64,000 nucleotides of DNA, taken from positions 592-64,591 of the forward strand of contig WTGI01000072.1 of the NCBI GenBank assembly GCA_011523635.1, in the 5' to 3' direction. Positions 31,645-41,483 of this stretch are shown here, one piece after another. The stretch's first letter is position 1. Each line of letters begins with the position of its first letter. The stretch is from Acidimicrobiia bacterium (GTDB lineage: Bacteria > Actinomycetota > Acidimicrobiia > Spongiisociales > Spongiisociaceae). The notes below the pieces were generated by a model, which saw only the letters and a program-made list of their open reading frames with translations, was not told the DNA's origin and did no database searches. The translations under genes were made by a program, and so were the position numbers.

Positions 31645-32551
31645 GCTGCACGAAACTACCCGCATGGACGCCGTACCTCCCAAACCTTGGGTGATGGCCG
31701 CCCGGCCCCGGACGCTGTGGGCCGCCGTGGCGCCGGTGATGGTGGGTAGCGGGTTGGCCGCAGGTGACCGGGTCTTCCGCCTGGATGCCCTGGCGGCCAC
31801 CCTCGTCTGCGCTCTCGCCCTCCAGATCGCCGCCAACTTCGCCAACGACGCCTCCGACGCCCACCGAGGCGCGGATCCCGAGACCCGGATCGGGCCGACC
31901 CGGGTGGTGGCCGCGGGCCTGCTCCCGGTCCGCCGGGTGTGGGCCGGCGTGGCGGTCATGTTCGGCATCGCCGCGCTGTGCGGCATCTACATCGCCGCCA
32001 TCACCAGTTGGGGCGTGATAGTGGTGGGTGTCGTCGCCCTCGTCGCCACCGTGACCTACACGGGTGGTCCGTCCCCCTACGGGTACCGCGGCATGGGGGA
32101 GGTATCGGTGTTCGTGTTCTTCGGGCTGGTAGCCACGGTCGGAAGCCGCTACGCCCACGACGCCACCATGCCCGCCGAGGCGTGGTGGCTGGCCGTCCCG
32201 GTCGGCTTCACGTGTTCCGCCATCCTGGTGGCCAACAACATCCGCGACATTGATACCGACTCGATGGTCGGCAAGCGGACCATGGCGGTCATCCTCGGCC
32301 GGCGCCGAGCCGAGGTGTTCTTCATGGCGCTGGTAGGCGGCGCCTTCGCGGTGGCAGCCGTAGGGGCCCTAGTCGGTATGACCCCCCGTTGGACCGCCCT
32401 GGCACTGCTGGCCGCTCCCCTGGCCGTGCCGTTGATCCGCACCATCCGATCCGCCTCCGACGGCCCCGCCCTCATCCGGGTGCTCGAGGGAACCGCCCGG
32501 CTCCATCTATTCGTAGGGGTCGGTCTCACCATCGGCGCCGCCATCGGCTGA
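31643..32551 (+). CDS. menA: 1,4-dihydroxy-2-naphthoate polyprenyltransferase
   Basis: This is the C-terminal part of ORF 31235..32551(+). The sequence is ARPRTLWAAVAPVMVG...QIAANFANDASDAHRGAD...VANNIRDIDTDSMVGKRT. The start is ATG 31643 or 31664. Confidence 0.88.
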   Translation: MLHETTRMDAVPPKPWVMAARPRTLWAAVAPVMVGSGLAAGDRVFRLDALAATLVCALALQIAANFANDASDAHRGADPETRIGPTRVVAAGLLPVRRVWAGVAVMFGIAALCGIYIAAITSWGVIVVGVVALVATVTYTGGPSPYGYRGMGEVSVFVFFGLVATVGSRYAHDATMPAEAWWLAVPVGFTCSAILVANNIRDIDTDSMVGKRTMAVILGRRRAEVFFMALVGGAFAVAAVGALVGMTPRWTALALLAAPLAVPLIRTIRSASDGPALIRVLEGTARLHLFVGVGLTIGAAIG

Positions 32552-32571
32552 TCAGCCCGGCGCACCCCGAG

Positions 32572-34197
32572 TCAGGCGAGCAGGCACTCCCGGGCCACGC
32601 TACGCGCCTCATCCAGGGTTGTGACTATCCGATCGCCAGGTACCTCCCGCAGGACGTCCAGCGCCTCCAACGTCTTGGCCACCGAATCAGGCTGCGCCAT
32701 GATCACGCACGAAGTGTCGGACCTCGTGGCAACGTCGATGAGCTGGGCGATCATCATGGCGGCGCTGTCGTCGATGTAGGTCGTGTCCGAGAAGTCGAAG
32801 ATGACGACCTCATGGTCCCCGATCTCGGACCCGATCACGCTCACCAACCTGTTGGCGGACGAGACGGTGAAGCTGCCCCTGAGGGCCACCATCCCGACCC
32901 GGGCCTCGAACCGATCGGAGGTTCGCACCACATCGCTGTCCTCGCCGAAGAAGGTCCGGTCGAGCAGCGGCACCGAGATGACGCTGTCCAGTTCCAGGCG
33001 CTCCAACTGGCGGGCGTGCGCCAGGCCGCCGGCGATCAATCCGATCGCCACCGCCGTGATCAGGTCCACCGAGACCGTGAGGACCAGGGTCACCAGCATC
33101 ACCACCAAGTGTTGGGAACGCAGGCGGTGGATCCGGAGCAGCAGCCGGCGGTCCATGATGTCCCAGCCGACCTTCGCCAACACGCCCGCGAGGGCGGCCA
33201 GCGGGATGGGCTCGGCGAACCGCCCCAGGCCGAGAACCACGGCCAGCACGAACAGTGCCCTCAGCGCGCCGGACACCCGGGTGGACCCGCCGGAGCGGAT
33301 GTTGATGACCGTGCCCATGGTGGCCCCGGCGCCGGGCAGCGCTCCGAACAGCCCCGCCACCATGTTTCCGATTCCCTGGCCGATCATCTCCCGGTCGGGG
33401 TTGTGCTTCCGGCCGGTGAGGGAGTCCGCCACCAGCGATGTCAGCAGGCTGTCCACCGAGCCCAGCAGGGCCAGGATCAGCGCCGGCTGCAGGGCGGTCA
33501 CCAGGAATGCGGCCGCCGGCATCTCCCACGCCAGACCCGGCAGTCCGGTGGGGATCTCCCCTATCACCGGCGCGTCCGAGAGCCACATGACGCCCAGGAG
33601 GGTGCCGACGATCAGCGCCACGAGGGGGCCGGGAGCGTACCGGGACAGCCGCCCGGGCCACAGGAACCCGACCGCGAGCGTCACGACCGCGATGACCACC
33701 GCACTGAGGTTGACGTTGCTGAGTGCATCCGGCAGGGCCCGGACCGCACCGATGGCGCCTCCCGAGGCCGAGTCCGCACCCAGAAACGGCATCAACTGCA
33801 GGATGATGACGATGACGCCGATGCCCGACATGAAGCCGGACACGACCACATGGGGCGTGTAGGCGACGAACCGGCCGATCCTCGACAGACCCAGCAGTAT
33901 CTGGAACAGGCCCGCCATAAGGACCACCGTCAGCGCTTCGGGGAGGGTGTCGGCATGGGTGGTGAGTACCACCGCCATCGCCACCGCCATCGGCGCGGTC
34001 GGGCCGGAGATCTGCGAAGGTGTCCCTCCGAAGACCGCGGCGAAGAAGCCCACCGCAATGGCGCCGTAGAGCCCGGCGGCAGCTCCCATGCCCGAAGCGA
34101 TACCGAAACCCAGCGACACCGGCAAGGCCACCACCATGGAGGTGAGACCGCCGAAGAAGTCCCCGCGGAGGGTATCGAGATCGTATTTCACTGTCAT
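32572..34197 (-). CDS. SulP-family anion transporter with C-terminal STAS domain
   Basis: This lies in ORF 32572..34377(-), with ATG at 34197 (MTVKYDLDTLRGDFFGGLTSMVVALPVSLGFGIASG). The STAS region is VVIFDFSDTTYIDDSAAMMIAQL. An ATGA overlap links it to the carbonic anhydrase stop. Confidence 0.9.
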   Translation of the reverse strand: MTVKYDLDTLRGDFFGGLTSMVVALPVSLGFGIASGMGAAAGLYGAIAVGFFAAVFGGTPSQISGPTAPMAVAMAVVLTTHADTLPEALTVVLMAGLFQILLGLSRIGRFVAYTPHVVVSGFMSGIGVIVIILQLMPFLGADSASGGAIGAVRALPDALSNVNLSAVVIAVVTLAVGFLWPGRLSRYAPGPLVALIVGTLLGVMWLSDAPVIGEIPTGLPGLAWEMPAAAFLVTALQPALILALLGSVDSLLTSLVADSLTGRKHNPDREMIGQGIGNMVAGLFGALPGAGATMGTVINIRSGGSTRVSGALRALFVLAVVLGLGRFAEPIPLAALAGVLAKVGWDIMDRRLLLRIHRLRSQHLVVMLVTLVLTVSVDLITAVAIGLIAGGLAHARQLERLELDSVISVPLLDRTFFGEDSDVVRTSDRFEARVGMVALRGSFTVSSANRLVSVIGSEIGDHEVVIFDFSDTTYIDDSAAMMIAQLIDVATRSDTSCVIMAQPDSVAKTLEALDVLREVPGDRIVTTLDEARSVARECLLA

Positions 34198-34871
34198 CGC
34201 GCGCTGTCGAGTCGCAAGGGGCCGCCGGCGGTCTGGTGGCACAGCGGCCTCAGCCGGCCATTGTCGATGCGGTAGACCAAGCCATGGATCTCCAGGTCCG
34301 CACCGGCGCGCCACGCGTCGCGCACGATGTCGATGGAGGCGACCTTGCGCACCTGATCGACCACGCTCAACTCGCACAACCGCCGTGCCAATGGCTCACC
34401 CTGCAGGTCCGCCAGGTCTGATCGGTATGCGCTCATCACCGGGTGGAGATTATCGAGCCAATCCCCTGCAGGCCCGCCAAGATTCTCGTTCAAGAAGGCA
34501 TCCACTCCGGCGCAACCGTAGTGGCCGCAGACCACCACGCGTCGGACGCTGAGGACCTCCACCGCGAACTGGAGCACGGACAGAAGGCTGCGGTCTGAAG
34601 GGATGACCAGGTTGGCGACATTGCGGTGAACGAGCATGTCCCCCGGCGAGAGGTCCATGATCAGGTTGGGCGACACCCGGCTGTCGGAACATCCGATCCA
34701 CAGCATCTCCGGTTGCTGCCCCCTGGCAAGGCGGCGGAACAGTTCCGGGTCTGCCTGGATCCGCCGTTCCGCCCAGGCGCGGTTGCGCTCGAGTATGTAG
34801 TCGATGTCGATGAGGACGACCTCCCCAGCCGACCCGGAATGGTAACCAACACGGCCACGCCATCCGACCAA
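34194..34871 (-). CDS. beta-class carbonic anhydrase
   Basis: This lies in ORF 34194..34976(-). The sequence is DYILERNRAWAERRIQADPELFRRLARGQQPEMLWIGCSDSRV...VVCGHYGCAGV. The start is uncertain. I chose the TTG at 34871, because upstream ATGs would collide with the TA promoter region. Confidence 0.85.
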   Translation of the reverse strand: MVGWRGRVGYHSGSAGEVVLIDIDYILERNRAWAERRIQADPELFRRLARGQQPEMLWIGCSDSRVSPNLIMDLSPGDMLVHRNVANLVIPSDRSLLSVLQFAVEVLSVRRVVVCGHYGCAGVDAFLNENLGGPAGDWLDNLHPVMSAYRSDLADLQGEPLARRLCELSVVDQVRKVASIDIVRDAWRAGADLEIHGLVYRIDNGRLRPLCHQTAGGPLRLDSAR

Positions 34872-34934
34872 GGCATGGCAGTCGGCGCCGTAGTAATATG
34901 TAGGAACGTTGATACATAAAAGAAGGTGGGACGA

Positions 34935-34946
34935 GGTGTCGACACC
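34935..34946. promoter_or_regulatory. 12-bp perfect palindrome GGTGTCGACACC, candidate TA autoregulatory operator
   Basis: It lies 11 nt upstream of the antitoxin ATG (34957), in a locally AT-richer divergent spacer. Type II antitoxins commonly bind palindromes at this position. Confidence 0.4.
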
Positions 34947-34956
34947 TGCGCGCAGC

Positions 34957-35199
34957 ATGAGCAGTCGGGAGTTCAATCAGGCAACCGGCGAGGCGAAGCG
35001 AGCGGCCCGGAACGGCCCCGTATATGTCACGGATCGCGGGCGCCCATCCCATGTGTTGTTGAGTTACGAGCTCTACCGGGAACTGACCCTGGACCGACCT
35101 CACTTCGCCGACATACTGTGCAGAACATCGGGCATCGGGGAGGTCGAAGTGGAGTTCCCGAGACTTGACGATCTGGCGAAGCCAGCCACCTTCGAGTGA
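34957..35199 (+). CDS. Phd/YefM-family type II antitoxin
   Basis: This lies in ORF 34909..35199(+), with ATG at 34957. The sequence is MSSREFNQATGEAKRAARNGPVYVTDRGRPSHVLLSYELY. The stop overlaps the VapC start. Confidence 0.8.
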   Translation: MSSREFNQATGEAKRAARNGPVYVTDRGRPSHVLLSYELYRELTLDRPHFADILCRTSGIGEVEVEFPRLDDLAKPATFE

Positions 35200-35639
35200 T
35201 GTACCTACTCGACACGGTTGTTGTCTCCGAGACCCGCAAGATCCGCTCCGGCAGAGCCGATCCGGGTGTTGCGTCCTGGGTGGCCCGAGTCGACCACGAC
35301 CTGGCCTACATATCCGCCATCACCATCCAGGAGCTCGAACTCGGTGTGTTGCTGGCCGAAGGTCGTGACCCCCCGTCGGGCGCGGTCCTGCGGCACTGGT
35401 TCGACAACGATGTGTACGAGGCCTTCGACGGGCGCATCCTGCCGGTGGATGCCACGGTGGCACGCGTGGCCGCTTCCCTACATGTACCGGATCCGGCCCC
35501 TGTGAGCGACGCTCTCATCGGCGCCACCGCCATAGCAAACAACATGGTCCTGGCAACCCGTAACACCAGAGACTTCGGGCGGTTCCCGGGGCTCGAGGTG
35601 CTGAACCCGTGGGAGTTCACCGCTACGAGAAAGTCTTGA
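35196..35639 (+). CDS. vapC: PIN-domain toxin VapC
   Basis: The sequence is YLLDTVVVSE...ISAITIQELELG...SDALIGATAIANNMVLATRNTRDF, which contains the acidic PIN residues. GTG 35196 or ATG 35199 overlaps the antitoxin stop. Confidence 0.85.
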   Translation: MMYLLDTVVVSETRKIRSGRADPGVASWVARVDHDLAYISAITIQELELGVLLAEGRDPPSGAVLRHWFDNDVYEAFDGRILPVDATVARVAASLHVPDPAPVSDALIGATAIANNMVLATRNTRDFGRFPGLEVLNPWEFTATRKS

Positions 35640-36453
35640 GCGCGTCTGCTATCTCGGAGGCGACCAGGTCGGGGCGTTCCATCGGGACCAGGTGGTTCTG
35701 GCCCGCCATGTAGGTGGTGGTCACGTTGGGGAGCGCCTCGGGCAGCAGCGCCAGGGGGGGTCCCAGCTCACCGGCCCGGTCGGTGACGACGAGGCGCACC
35801 GGGGTGGTCAGCTCGTCGAGGCGGGCGAACGCCCCGCACTCGGAACCGGCGGCGAACACGTCCGCCTCGACCTCTCGACGACAGTGCAACGCCAGCCCTT
35901 CCGGTACTTCACGGAAGCCGTGACCCACGTAGGCCCGGAACGCCTCCGGATGCCAGCGCTGGAACAACGGCTTGGCCAGGTACGTCTCGATCAACTCGTC
36001 ACGGGAACCGAAGACCGAGCGTCTCCGGGCCGCTCCCTGTGCCAGCGAGAACTCGGGGTTGCGCACGAAGGGCGGCGGGATGAGGACCGGCTCGACCAGC
36101 ACCAGCCCGGCGAAGGTGCCGGGGCGTAGGAGCTCCGCCAGGACCAGTGCGGTCCCGCCCATCGAATGGCCCACTCCGACCACGGATTCCGGCAGCCGTC
36201 CGGCGCAGTCGAGGTCGCCGACCAGCTCGACCAGATCCCTCCCGAACGTCCACCAGGACGCCGGCAACTCCAGCTCCGGCGCCCGCCCGTGGCCGCGGAC
36301 ATCCCATGCCAGCGCAGGAGCGTGAACGCCTAGATGCCGGAGGCTCGACACCACCGGTCGCCAGATCTCCTTGCAGAATCCGGTGGCGTGGACCATCAGG
36401 AGTAGCCCATCGGCCGCGCCGCCATGCCACTCCAGGGCTTCCTGACTAGCCAA
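35623..36453 (-). CDS. alpha/beta-fold hydrolase
   Basis: This lies in ORF 35623..36522(-). The sequence is LLMVHATGFCKEIW...GVGHSMGG (nucleophile elbow)...GQNHLVPME. I chose the TTG at 36453 to avoid overlap with the aceE 3' end, so the start is uncertain. Confidence 0.75.
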   Translation of the reverse strand: MASQEALEWHGGAADGLLLMVHATGFCKEIWRPVVSSLRHLGVHAPALAWDVRGHGRAPELELPASWWTFGRDLVELVGDLDCAGRLPESVVGVGHSMGGTALVLAELLRPGTFAGLVLVEPVLIPPPFVRNPEFSLAQGAARRRSVFGSRDELIETYLAKPLFQRWHPEAFRAYVGHGFREVPEGLALHCRREVEADVFAAGSECGAFARLDELTTPVRLVVTDRAGELGPPLALLPEALPNVTTTYMAGQNHLVPMERPDLVASEIADALKTFS

Positions 36454-36461
36454 CCTGTGTC

Positions 36462-36501
36462 GCTCTAGTGGTCTGTCTGGACAACGACCACTAGTGGTCT
36501 G
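36462..36501. repeat. short copy of the CTAG-anchored hairpin element, at the aceE stop
   Basis: GCTCTAGTGGTCTGTCTG (36462-36479) is identical to 48006-48023. CTAGTGGTC (36465-36473) pairs with GACCACTAG (36486-36494). A second CTAGTGGTCTG at 36491-36501 encodes the aceE C-terminus and TAG stop. GACCACTAGTGGTC (36486-36499) is a 14-bp perfect palindrome. Confidence 0.85.
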
Positions 36502-39328
36502 CGCGCCAGGGCTCGACCGCATCCGGGTCGACGCCGTAGCGGCCGATCGCTTCCGCCACCGTCCCCGGATCGACCCCTCCCTCCCCTACCAGCTGCGAAA
36601 GGACCGCTACCACCACGTTGGGGCCGTTCACCTCGTAGAACCGGCGGAGGTCCTCTCGGGCATCCGAGCGTCCGAAGCCGTCCGTACCGAGCGATGTGTA
36701 GGGACCTGGAATCCAGCGGGAGACCTGGTCGGGAACCGACCGCATGTAGTCGGTGACCGCCACCACCGGGCCGTCCACGGCGGCGAGCCGCTCGGTGACC
36801 AGCGGGGTTCGGGGCGCTCGGTGGGGATGCAGACGGTTCCACCGCTCCACGGCGATGGCATCGTCCCGTAGCCGCCCGTACGAGGTCACGCTCCATAGCT
36901 CCGCCCCCACCCCGTAACGTTCCGCCAGCTCTTCGCGGGCCCACCGGGCGGCGCTGTGACTCGGGCCGGAGAACAGGATCGTCGCCCGGTGCGGCACGCC
37001 TTCGGGCGCCCCGGCAAACCGGTACATCCCGTTGACGATGCCCTCCTTCGCGCCGTCGGGCATGGGCGGCTGGGCATAGTTCTCGTTGTAGATGGTGAGG
37101 TAGAAGATGACGTCGTCCTGATCGATGCACATGCGGTGGAGGCCATGCTCGACAATGACCGCGAGCTCGTAGGCGAACGCCGGGTCGTAGCTGACCACCG
37201 CCGGGTTGGTCGAGGCCAGGATCAGGCTGTGCCCGTCCTGGTGCTGGAGGCCCTCCCCGGCCAGGGTCGTCCGGCCGGCGGTCCCGCCCATCAGGAAGCC
37301 ACGTGCCCGGGCGTCGGCGGCCTGCCAGATGAGGTCCCCCACCCGCTGGAACCCGAACATCGAGTAGAAGGTGAAGAAGGGAACGGTCATCACCCCACGG
37401 TCGGCGTACGACGTGCCCGAAGCGATGAAGCTGCACATCGACCCCGCCTCGGTGATGCCCTCCTCCAGGATCTGGCCGTCCTGGGACTCCTTGTATGACA
37501 GGAGCAGGGCGGCGTCGATCGGCTCGTACTTCTGACCCCCCGAGGCATAGATCTTCAGCTCCCGGAACAGCCCGTCCATGCCGAACGTGCGGGCCTCGTC
37601 GGGGACGATGGGCACCACCCGCTCGCCGAAGTCCTTGTCCCGGGCCAAACCCCGGAGCAACCGCACGAAGGCCATCGTGGTGGAGGCCTCGTGGGTACCC
37701 GTGCCCGCATGGAACTCGTCGTAGATGGAGGGGTCGGGCAGTTCGATCTTCCGCCTGGCGCGCACAGTGCGGAAGGGCAGCATCCCGTTGAGCGCCTTCC
37801 GCCGGTCCATCATGTACTGGTACTCGGGAGCATCCTTGGCGAACCGGCAGTACGGGAGTTCCCGCCCGTCCTCCAGCAACTCGGCCGGGATGTCCTCCTC
37901 GAGGTTGATGCGCTCCCGGAGCCGGCGGAACTGCTCGTTGGACATCTTCTTGATCTGATGGGTGGCGTTGCGCCCCTCGATGTCGGGTCCCAGCGTCCAG
38001 CCCTTGATGGTCTTGGCGAGGATCACGGTGGGGGCGCCGGTCTGCTCGGTGGCGGCCTTGTAGGCGGCATAGAGCTTCTTGTAGTCGTGGCCGCCTCGGG
38101 GCAGCTTCTCGAGCTGGCGGTCGGTCAGATGCTCCACCATGCGCCGCAACCGGGGATCGGGCCCGAAGAACTCCTCCCTGATACTGGCGCCGGGTAGCGA
38201 CTTCAGCCGCTGGTAGGCGCCGTCCACGGTCTCGTTCATCCTTTCGACGAGTACCCCGTCCACGTCGTTGGCCACGAGCCCGTCCCAGCCCCACCCCCAG
38301 ATCACCTTGATCACGTTCCAACCCGCACCCCGGAACACCGCCTCGAGTTCCTGGATGATCTTGCCGTTGCCCCGCACCGGACCGTCGAGGCGTTGCAGGT
38401 TGCAGTTCACCACCCAGATCAGGTTGTCCAGCTGCTCCCGGGCCGCCAGCGAGATGGAGCCGAGCGTCTCCGGCTCGTCGCATTCCCCGTCGCCGAGGAA
38501 GCACCACACCCTTGACTCGCCGGTGTCGTCGAGACCCCGGTTGTGGAGGTAGCGGTTGAAGCGAGCCTGGTAGATGGAGGCGATCGGTCCGAGACCCATG
38601 GAGACGGTCGGGTACTCCCAGAAGTCGGGCATGAGCCTGGGGTGCGGGTAGGACGACAGGCCCTTCGGCGAGAGCTCGCGGCGGAAATTGTCCAGGTGCT
38701 CCTCGTCGAGCCGCCTCTCCAGGAAGGCCCGGGCGTAGATGCCGGGTGCGGCATGGCCTTGTATGTACACGTGGTCACCCGGCTGCCCCTCCGCCTTGCC
38801 CCGGAAGAAATGGTTGAAGCCCACCTCGTACTGCGCCGCCGACGATGCGAACGTGGACAGGTGCCCGCCGATCCCCTCGACAGCCTTGTTGGCCTTGACC
38901 ACCATCACCGCTGCGTTCCAGCGGATGAAGCGCCTGATGCGCTTCTCGAGATACTCGTCGCCGGGGAACCAGGCCTGCTCCTCGGCCGGGATGGTGTTGA
39001 CGTAGGGCGTGGAGACGGTGGGCGGGTACCTGACTCCCATGTGGCGGGCACGGTTGAGCAGGGCACGAACCAGGAAGCGGGCCCGAGCCTCCCCCCGGAA
39101 CTGGACTACCGCTTCCAGGGAGTCGATCCACTCCTGGGTCTCCTCCGGATCTATGTCGGGTAGCTGTCGGAAGAACCCGTCGATCTTCAAACGTTCACGC
39201 TCCCTTACCGTCCACGGCTCCTCCAACTCTATCGGGGTCGGAGCGATGTATGGACCGGTATCCGGGCTCCGGAGCGGGACGTGGCCGTCTTGGAGGCGTC
39301 CCGAAGGGGCGGGTAGCGTGCCGACCAT
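36491..39328 (-). CDS. aceE: pyruvate dehydrogenase E1 component (homodimeric AceE type)
   Basis: This lies in ORF 36491..39367(-). The sequence is LPDIDPEETQEWIDSLEAVV...GGHLSTFASSAAQYEVGFNHFFRG...GDGECDEPE...GPTLAGEGLQHQDGHS-type motifs. The start is uncertain. ATG 39328 is possible, and so are ATG 39367 or an internal TTG. Confidence 0.92.
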   Translation of the reverse strand: MVGTLPAPSGRLQDGHVPLRSPDTGPYIAPTPIELEEPWTVRERERLKIDGFFRQLPDIDPEETQEWIDSLEAVVQFRGEARARFLVRALLNRARHMGVRYPPTVSTPYVNTIPAEEQAWFPGDEYLEKRIRRFIRWNAAVMVVKANKAVEGIGGHLSTFASSAAQYEVGFNHFFRGKAEGQPGDHVYIQGHAAPGIYARAFLERRLDEEHLDNFRRELSPKGLSSYPHPRLMPDFWEYPTVSMGLGPIASIYQARFNRYLHNRGLDDTGESRVWCFLGDGECDEPETLGSISLAAREQLDNLIWVVNCNLQRLDGPVRGNGKIIQELEAVFRGAGWNVIKVIWGWGWDGLVANDVDGVLVERMNETVDGAYQRLKSLPGASIREEFFGPDPRLRRMVEHLTDRQLEKLPRGGHDYKKLYAAYKAATEQTGAPTVILAKTIKGWTLGPDIEGRNATHQIKKMSNEQFRRLRERINLEEDIPAELLEDGRELPYCRFAKDAPEYQYMMDRRKALNGMLPFRTVRARRKIELPDPSIYDEFHAGTGTHEASTTMAFVRLLRGLARDKDFGERVVPIVPDEARTFGMDGLFRELKIYASGGQKYEPIDAALLLSYKESQDGQILEEGITEAGSMCSFIASGTSYADRGVMTVPFFTFYSMFGFQRVGDLIWQAADARARGFLMGGTAGRTTLAGEGLQHQDGHSLILASTNPAVVSYDPAFAYELAVIVEHGLHRMCIDQDDVIFYLTIYNENYAQPPMPDGAKEGIVNGMYRFAGAPEGVPHRATILFSGPSHSAARWAREELAERYGVGAELWSVTSYGRLRDDAIAVERWNRLHPHRAPRTPLVTERLAAVDGPVVAVTDYMRSVPDQVSRWIPGPYTSLGTDGFGRSDAREDLRRFYEVNGPNVVVAVLSQLVGEGGVDPGTVAEAIGRYGVDPDAVEPWRADH

Positions 39329-40499
39329 GAGTTTCTGGCGTCTGGATCCCGATGTGATCCACCTCAATCACGGGTCCTTCGGGGCCACACCCGCGCCCGC
39401 CCTGGAGGAGCAACAGCGCCTCCGGGACGCCATGGAGTCCAACCCCACCAGATGGTTCCTTGCGGACTACCAGCCTGCTCTGGACGAGGCCCGATCGAAG
39501 GTGGCTGACTTCGTGGGAGCGGACCCGGCCGGGCTGGGGTTCGTCAACAACGCCACGGAAGGAGTGAACTCCGTGCTCCGGTCGCTGGAAGCCGACCTGA
39601 AACCCGGCGACGAGATCGTGGTGACCGACCACGAGTACAACGCCTGCCGCAACGCGGCGGTGGTGACGGCGGCCCGCACGGGGGCCCGGGTGGTGCCCGC
39701 CGCCATCCCCTTCCCGCTCCAGTCGGCCCGGGAGGTAACCGACAGCATCCTCGCGATGGTCACCGAGCGGACCCGCCTTCTGATGGTCGACGCGGTCACT
39801 TCTCCTACCGCCCTGGTGTTCCCGTTGGAGGAGATCGTGGCGGCGCTGGAACCGGACGTCCAGGTGTTGGTGGATGCGGCGCACGCGCCCGGCATGATCG
39901 ACTTCGACGTGACCGCGCTGGGCGCCTCCTACGTCACCGCCAACTGCCACAAGTGGATGTGCGCCCCCAAGGGCTCCGCCATCCTGTACGTTCGGGAGGA
40001 CCGCCGGGAACGCATCTATCCGGCGGTGATCAGCCACGGCTATAACGGGGGCTGGCCCGCGGAGGGCGGGCATCTCCACACCCAGTTCGATTGGACCGGC
40101 ACCGACGACCCGACCTCCTGGCTGGCCACTCCGGCTGCTCTGGACGCGATGGCGGGGCTCCACCCGGACGGCTGGGCCGGCATCAGGCGCTCCAACCGGG
40201 AGTTGTGCCTCACAGGGCGGGACATGCTGGTCGAGTTTCTGGGTACCGAGGCGCCCGCGCCGGATTCGATGATCGGAGCGATCGCCTCGGTACCGCTTCC
40301 CCGCACCCTTCCGCAGGGCGGAACCATCTTCAACCCTTTGATGATGACCCTGCGAGATCGCTGGAACATCGAGGTGATGGTGATGAGCTGGCCGGATCCC
40401 TCCGCCAGCCTGCTTCGTATCTCCACCCAGCAGTACAACTCGTTAGAGGATCTCGAGCGGCTTGTCGAGGCCGTCGCCACGGAATTGGGCAAGTGCTGA
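39327..40499 (+). CDS. class V aminotransferase (isopenicillin-N-epimerase/cysteine desulfurase-like)
   Basis: This lies in ORF 39009..40499(+), with ATG at 39327 (MSFWRLDPDVIHLNHGSFGATPAPALEEQQRL). The PLP-lysine context is VTANCHKWMCAPKGSAILYV. Confidence 0.85.
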   Translation: MSFWRLDPDVIHLNHGSFGATPAPALEEQQRLRDAMESNPTRWFLADYQPALDEARSKVADFVGADPAGLGFVNNATEGVNSVLRSLEADLKPGDEIVVTDHEYNACRNAAVVTAARTGARVVPAAIPFPLQSAREVTDSILAMVTERTRLLMVDAVTSPTALVFPLEEIVAALEPDVQVLVDAAHAPGMIDFDVTALGASYVTANCHKWMCAPKGSAILYVREDRRERIYPAVISHGYNGGWPAEGGHLHTQFDWTGTDDPTSWLATPAALDAMAGLHPDGWAGIRRSNRELCLTGRDMLVEFLGTEAPAPDSMIGAIASVPLPRTLPQGGTIFNPLMMTLRDRWNIEVMVMSWPDPSASLLRISTQQYNSLEDLERLVEAVATELGKC

Positions 40500-40564
40500 G
40501 GCGGTAACCGTAGGCCTCGCTGACAAATGCAGGCCGGCGGTCGCCGGACTGAGCCTTCCGTGGT

Positions 40565-41476
40565 TCAGGACCTTTCGAGAGCCGGCGCCACCCCTCGCCG
40601 GATCACCATCGTCACCGCGCCCAGGACCACGATCCCGCCGACCACCACCCAGACGGTCGGTCGTTCGTCCAGCAGGAGCCAGCCGATGAGCGCGGAGAGG
40701 GGCGGCGTGGCGTAGAGGGCCGACGACACGACGGCGGCCGGAGCGCCCACCATCGCCCGCGCCCAGAGGACGAAGCCCAGGGCCGAGCCGCACACGCCCA
40801 GGAAGATGAAGGAGAGCAACGCATCCCACGGGGCGCCGGCGACCCGGCCCGGCGCGCTGAGCAGCAGCGGCAGCGAGGTGACGGCGCCTACCCACATCGA
40901 CCAGGTGGCCACCTGAAGCGGGGTGTAGCGGGCGACCAGGGACTTGGCGAGAACGTTGTACAGCGCGTGGGCGAGGGCGGCGACCAGCAGCAGGAGGCTG
41001 GAGATGCCGAGATCGAGGCCGCCGCCCTGACCGAGGATCACCAGCGCCGCCCCGGCACACGCGAGCAGGAGGCCCGACCATCCCCAAGCCGTCAGGCGCT
41101 CCCCGATCATCGGTCCCGACAGCAACGCTACGAATATCGGGGTCAGCGCGATCAGGATGGCGGCGGAGGCCGCTTCCACCACCTGGAGGCCGGTGTAGAG
41201 GATGGCCAGATAGAAGGTCATGCCGGTCAACCCGGCGGTGACGACCCGCAGCCGGTCCCCTCGCTCGGGAAGGCCGACCCGGCGGGGCAGGGCGATGACC
41301 GACAGGGCCAAGGCGGCAGCCACCAAGCGGAGCCCCGAAAGGTGGAGCGGGTCGAAGTGGCGTAGACCCACCCTGGCGACCGGGTATGAGAACGACCAGA
41401 TCAGGATGGTGGCGAATGCAGCCACCATGGCAGCCCGGTAAGCCATACCAGACCCGGCTACCTGCCGGTCACCCAC
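40565..41476 (-). CDS. EamA/DMT-family transporter
   Basis: The ORF has 303 aa and about 10 TM spans. The sequence is FATILIWSFSYPVARVGL.... An alternative ATG lies at 41446. Confidence 0.78.
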   Translation of the reverse strand: MGDRQVAGSGMAYRAAMVAAFATILIWSFSYPVARVGLRHFDPLHLSGLRLVAAALALSVIALPRRVGLPERGDRLRVVTAGLTGMTFYLAILYTGLQVVEAASAAILIALTPIFVALLSGPMIGERLTAWGWSGLLLACAGAALVILGQGGGLDLGISSLLLLVAALAHALYNVLAKSLVARYTPLQVATWSMWVGAVTSLPLLLSAPGRVAGAPWDALLSFIFLGVCGSALGFVLWARAMVGAPAAVVSSALYATPPLSALIGWLLLDERPTVWVVVGGIVVLGAVTMVIRRGVAPALERS

Positions 41477-41483
41477 CGTCTGC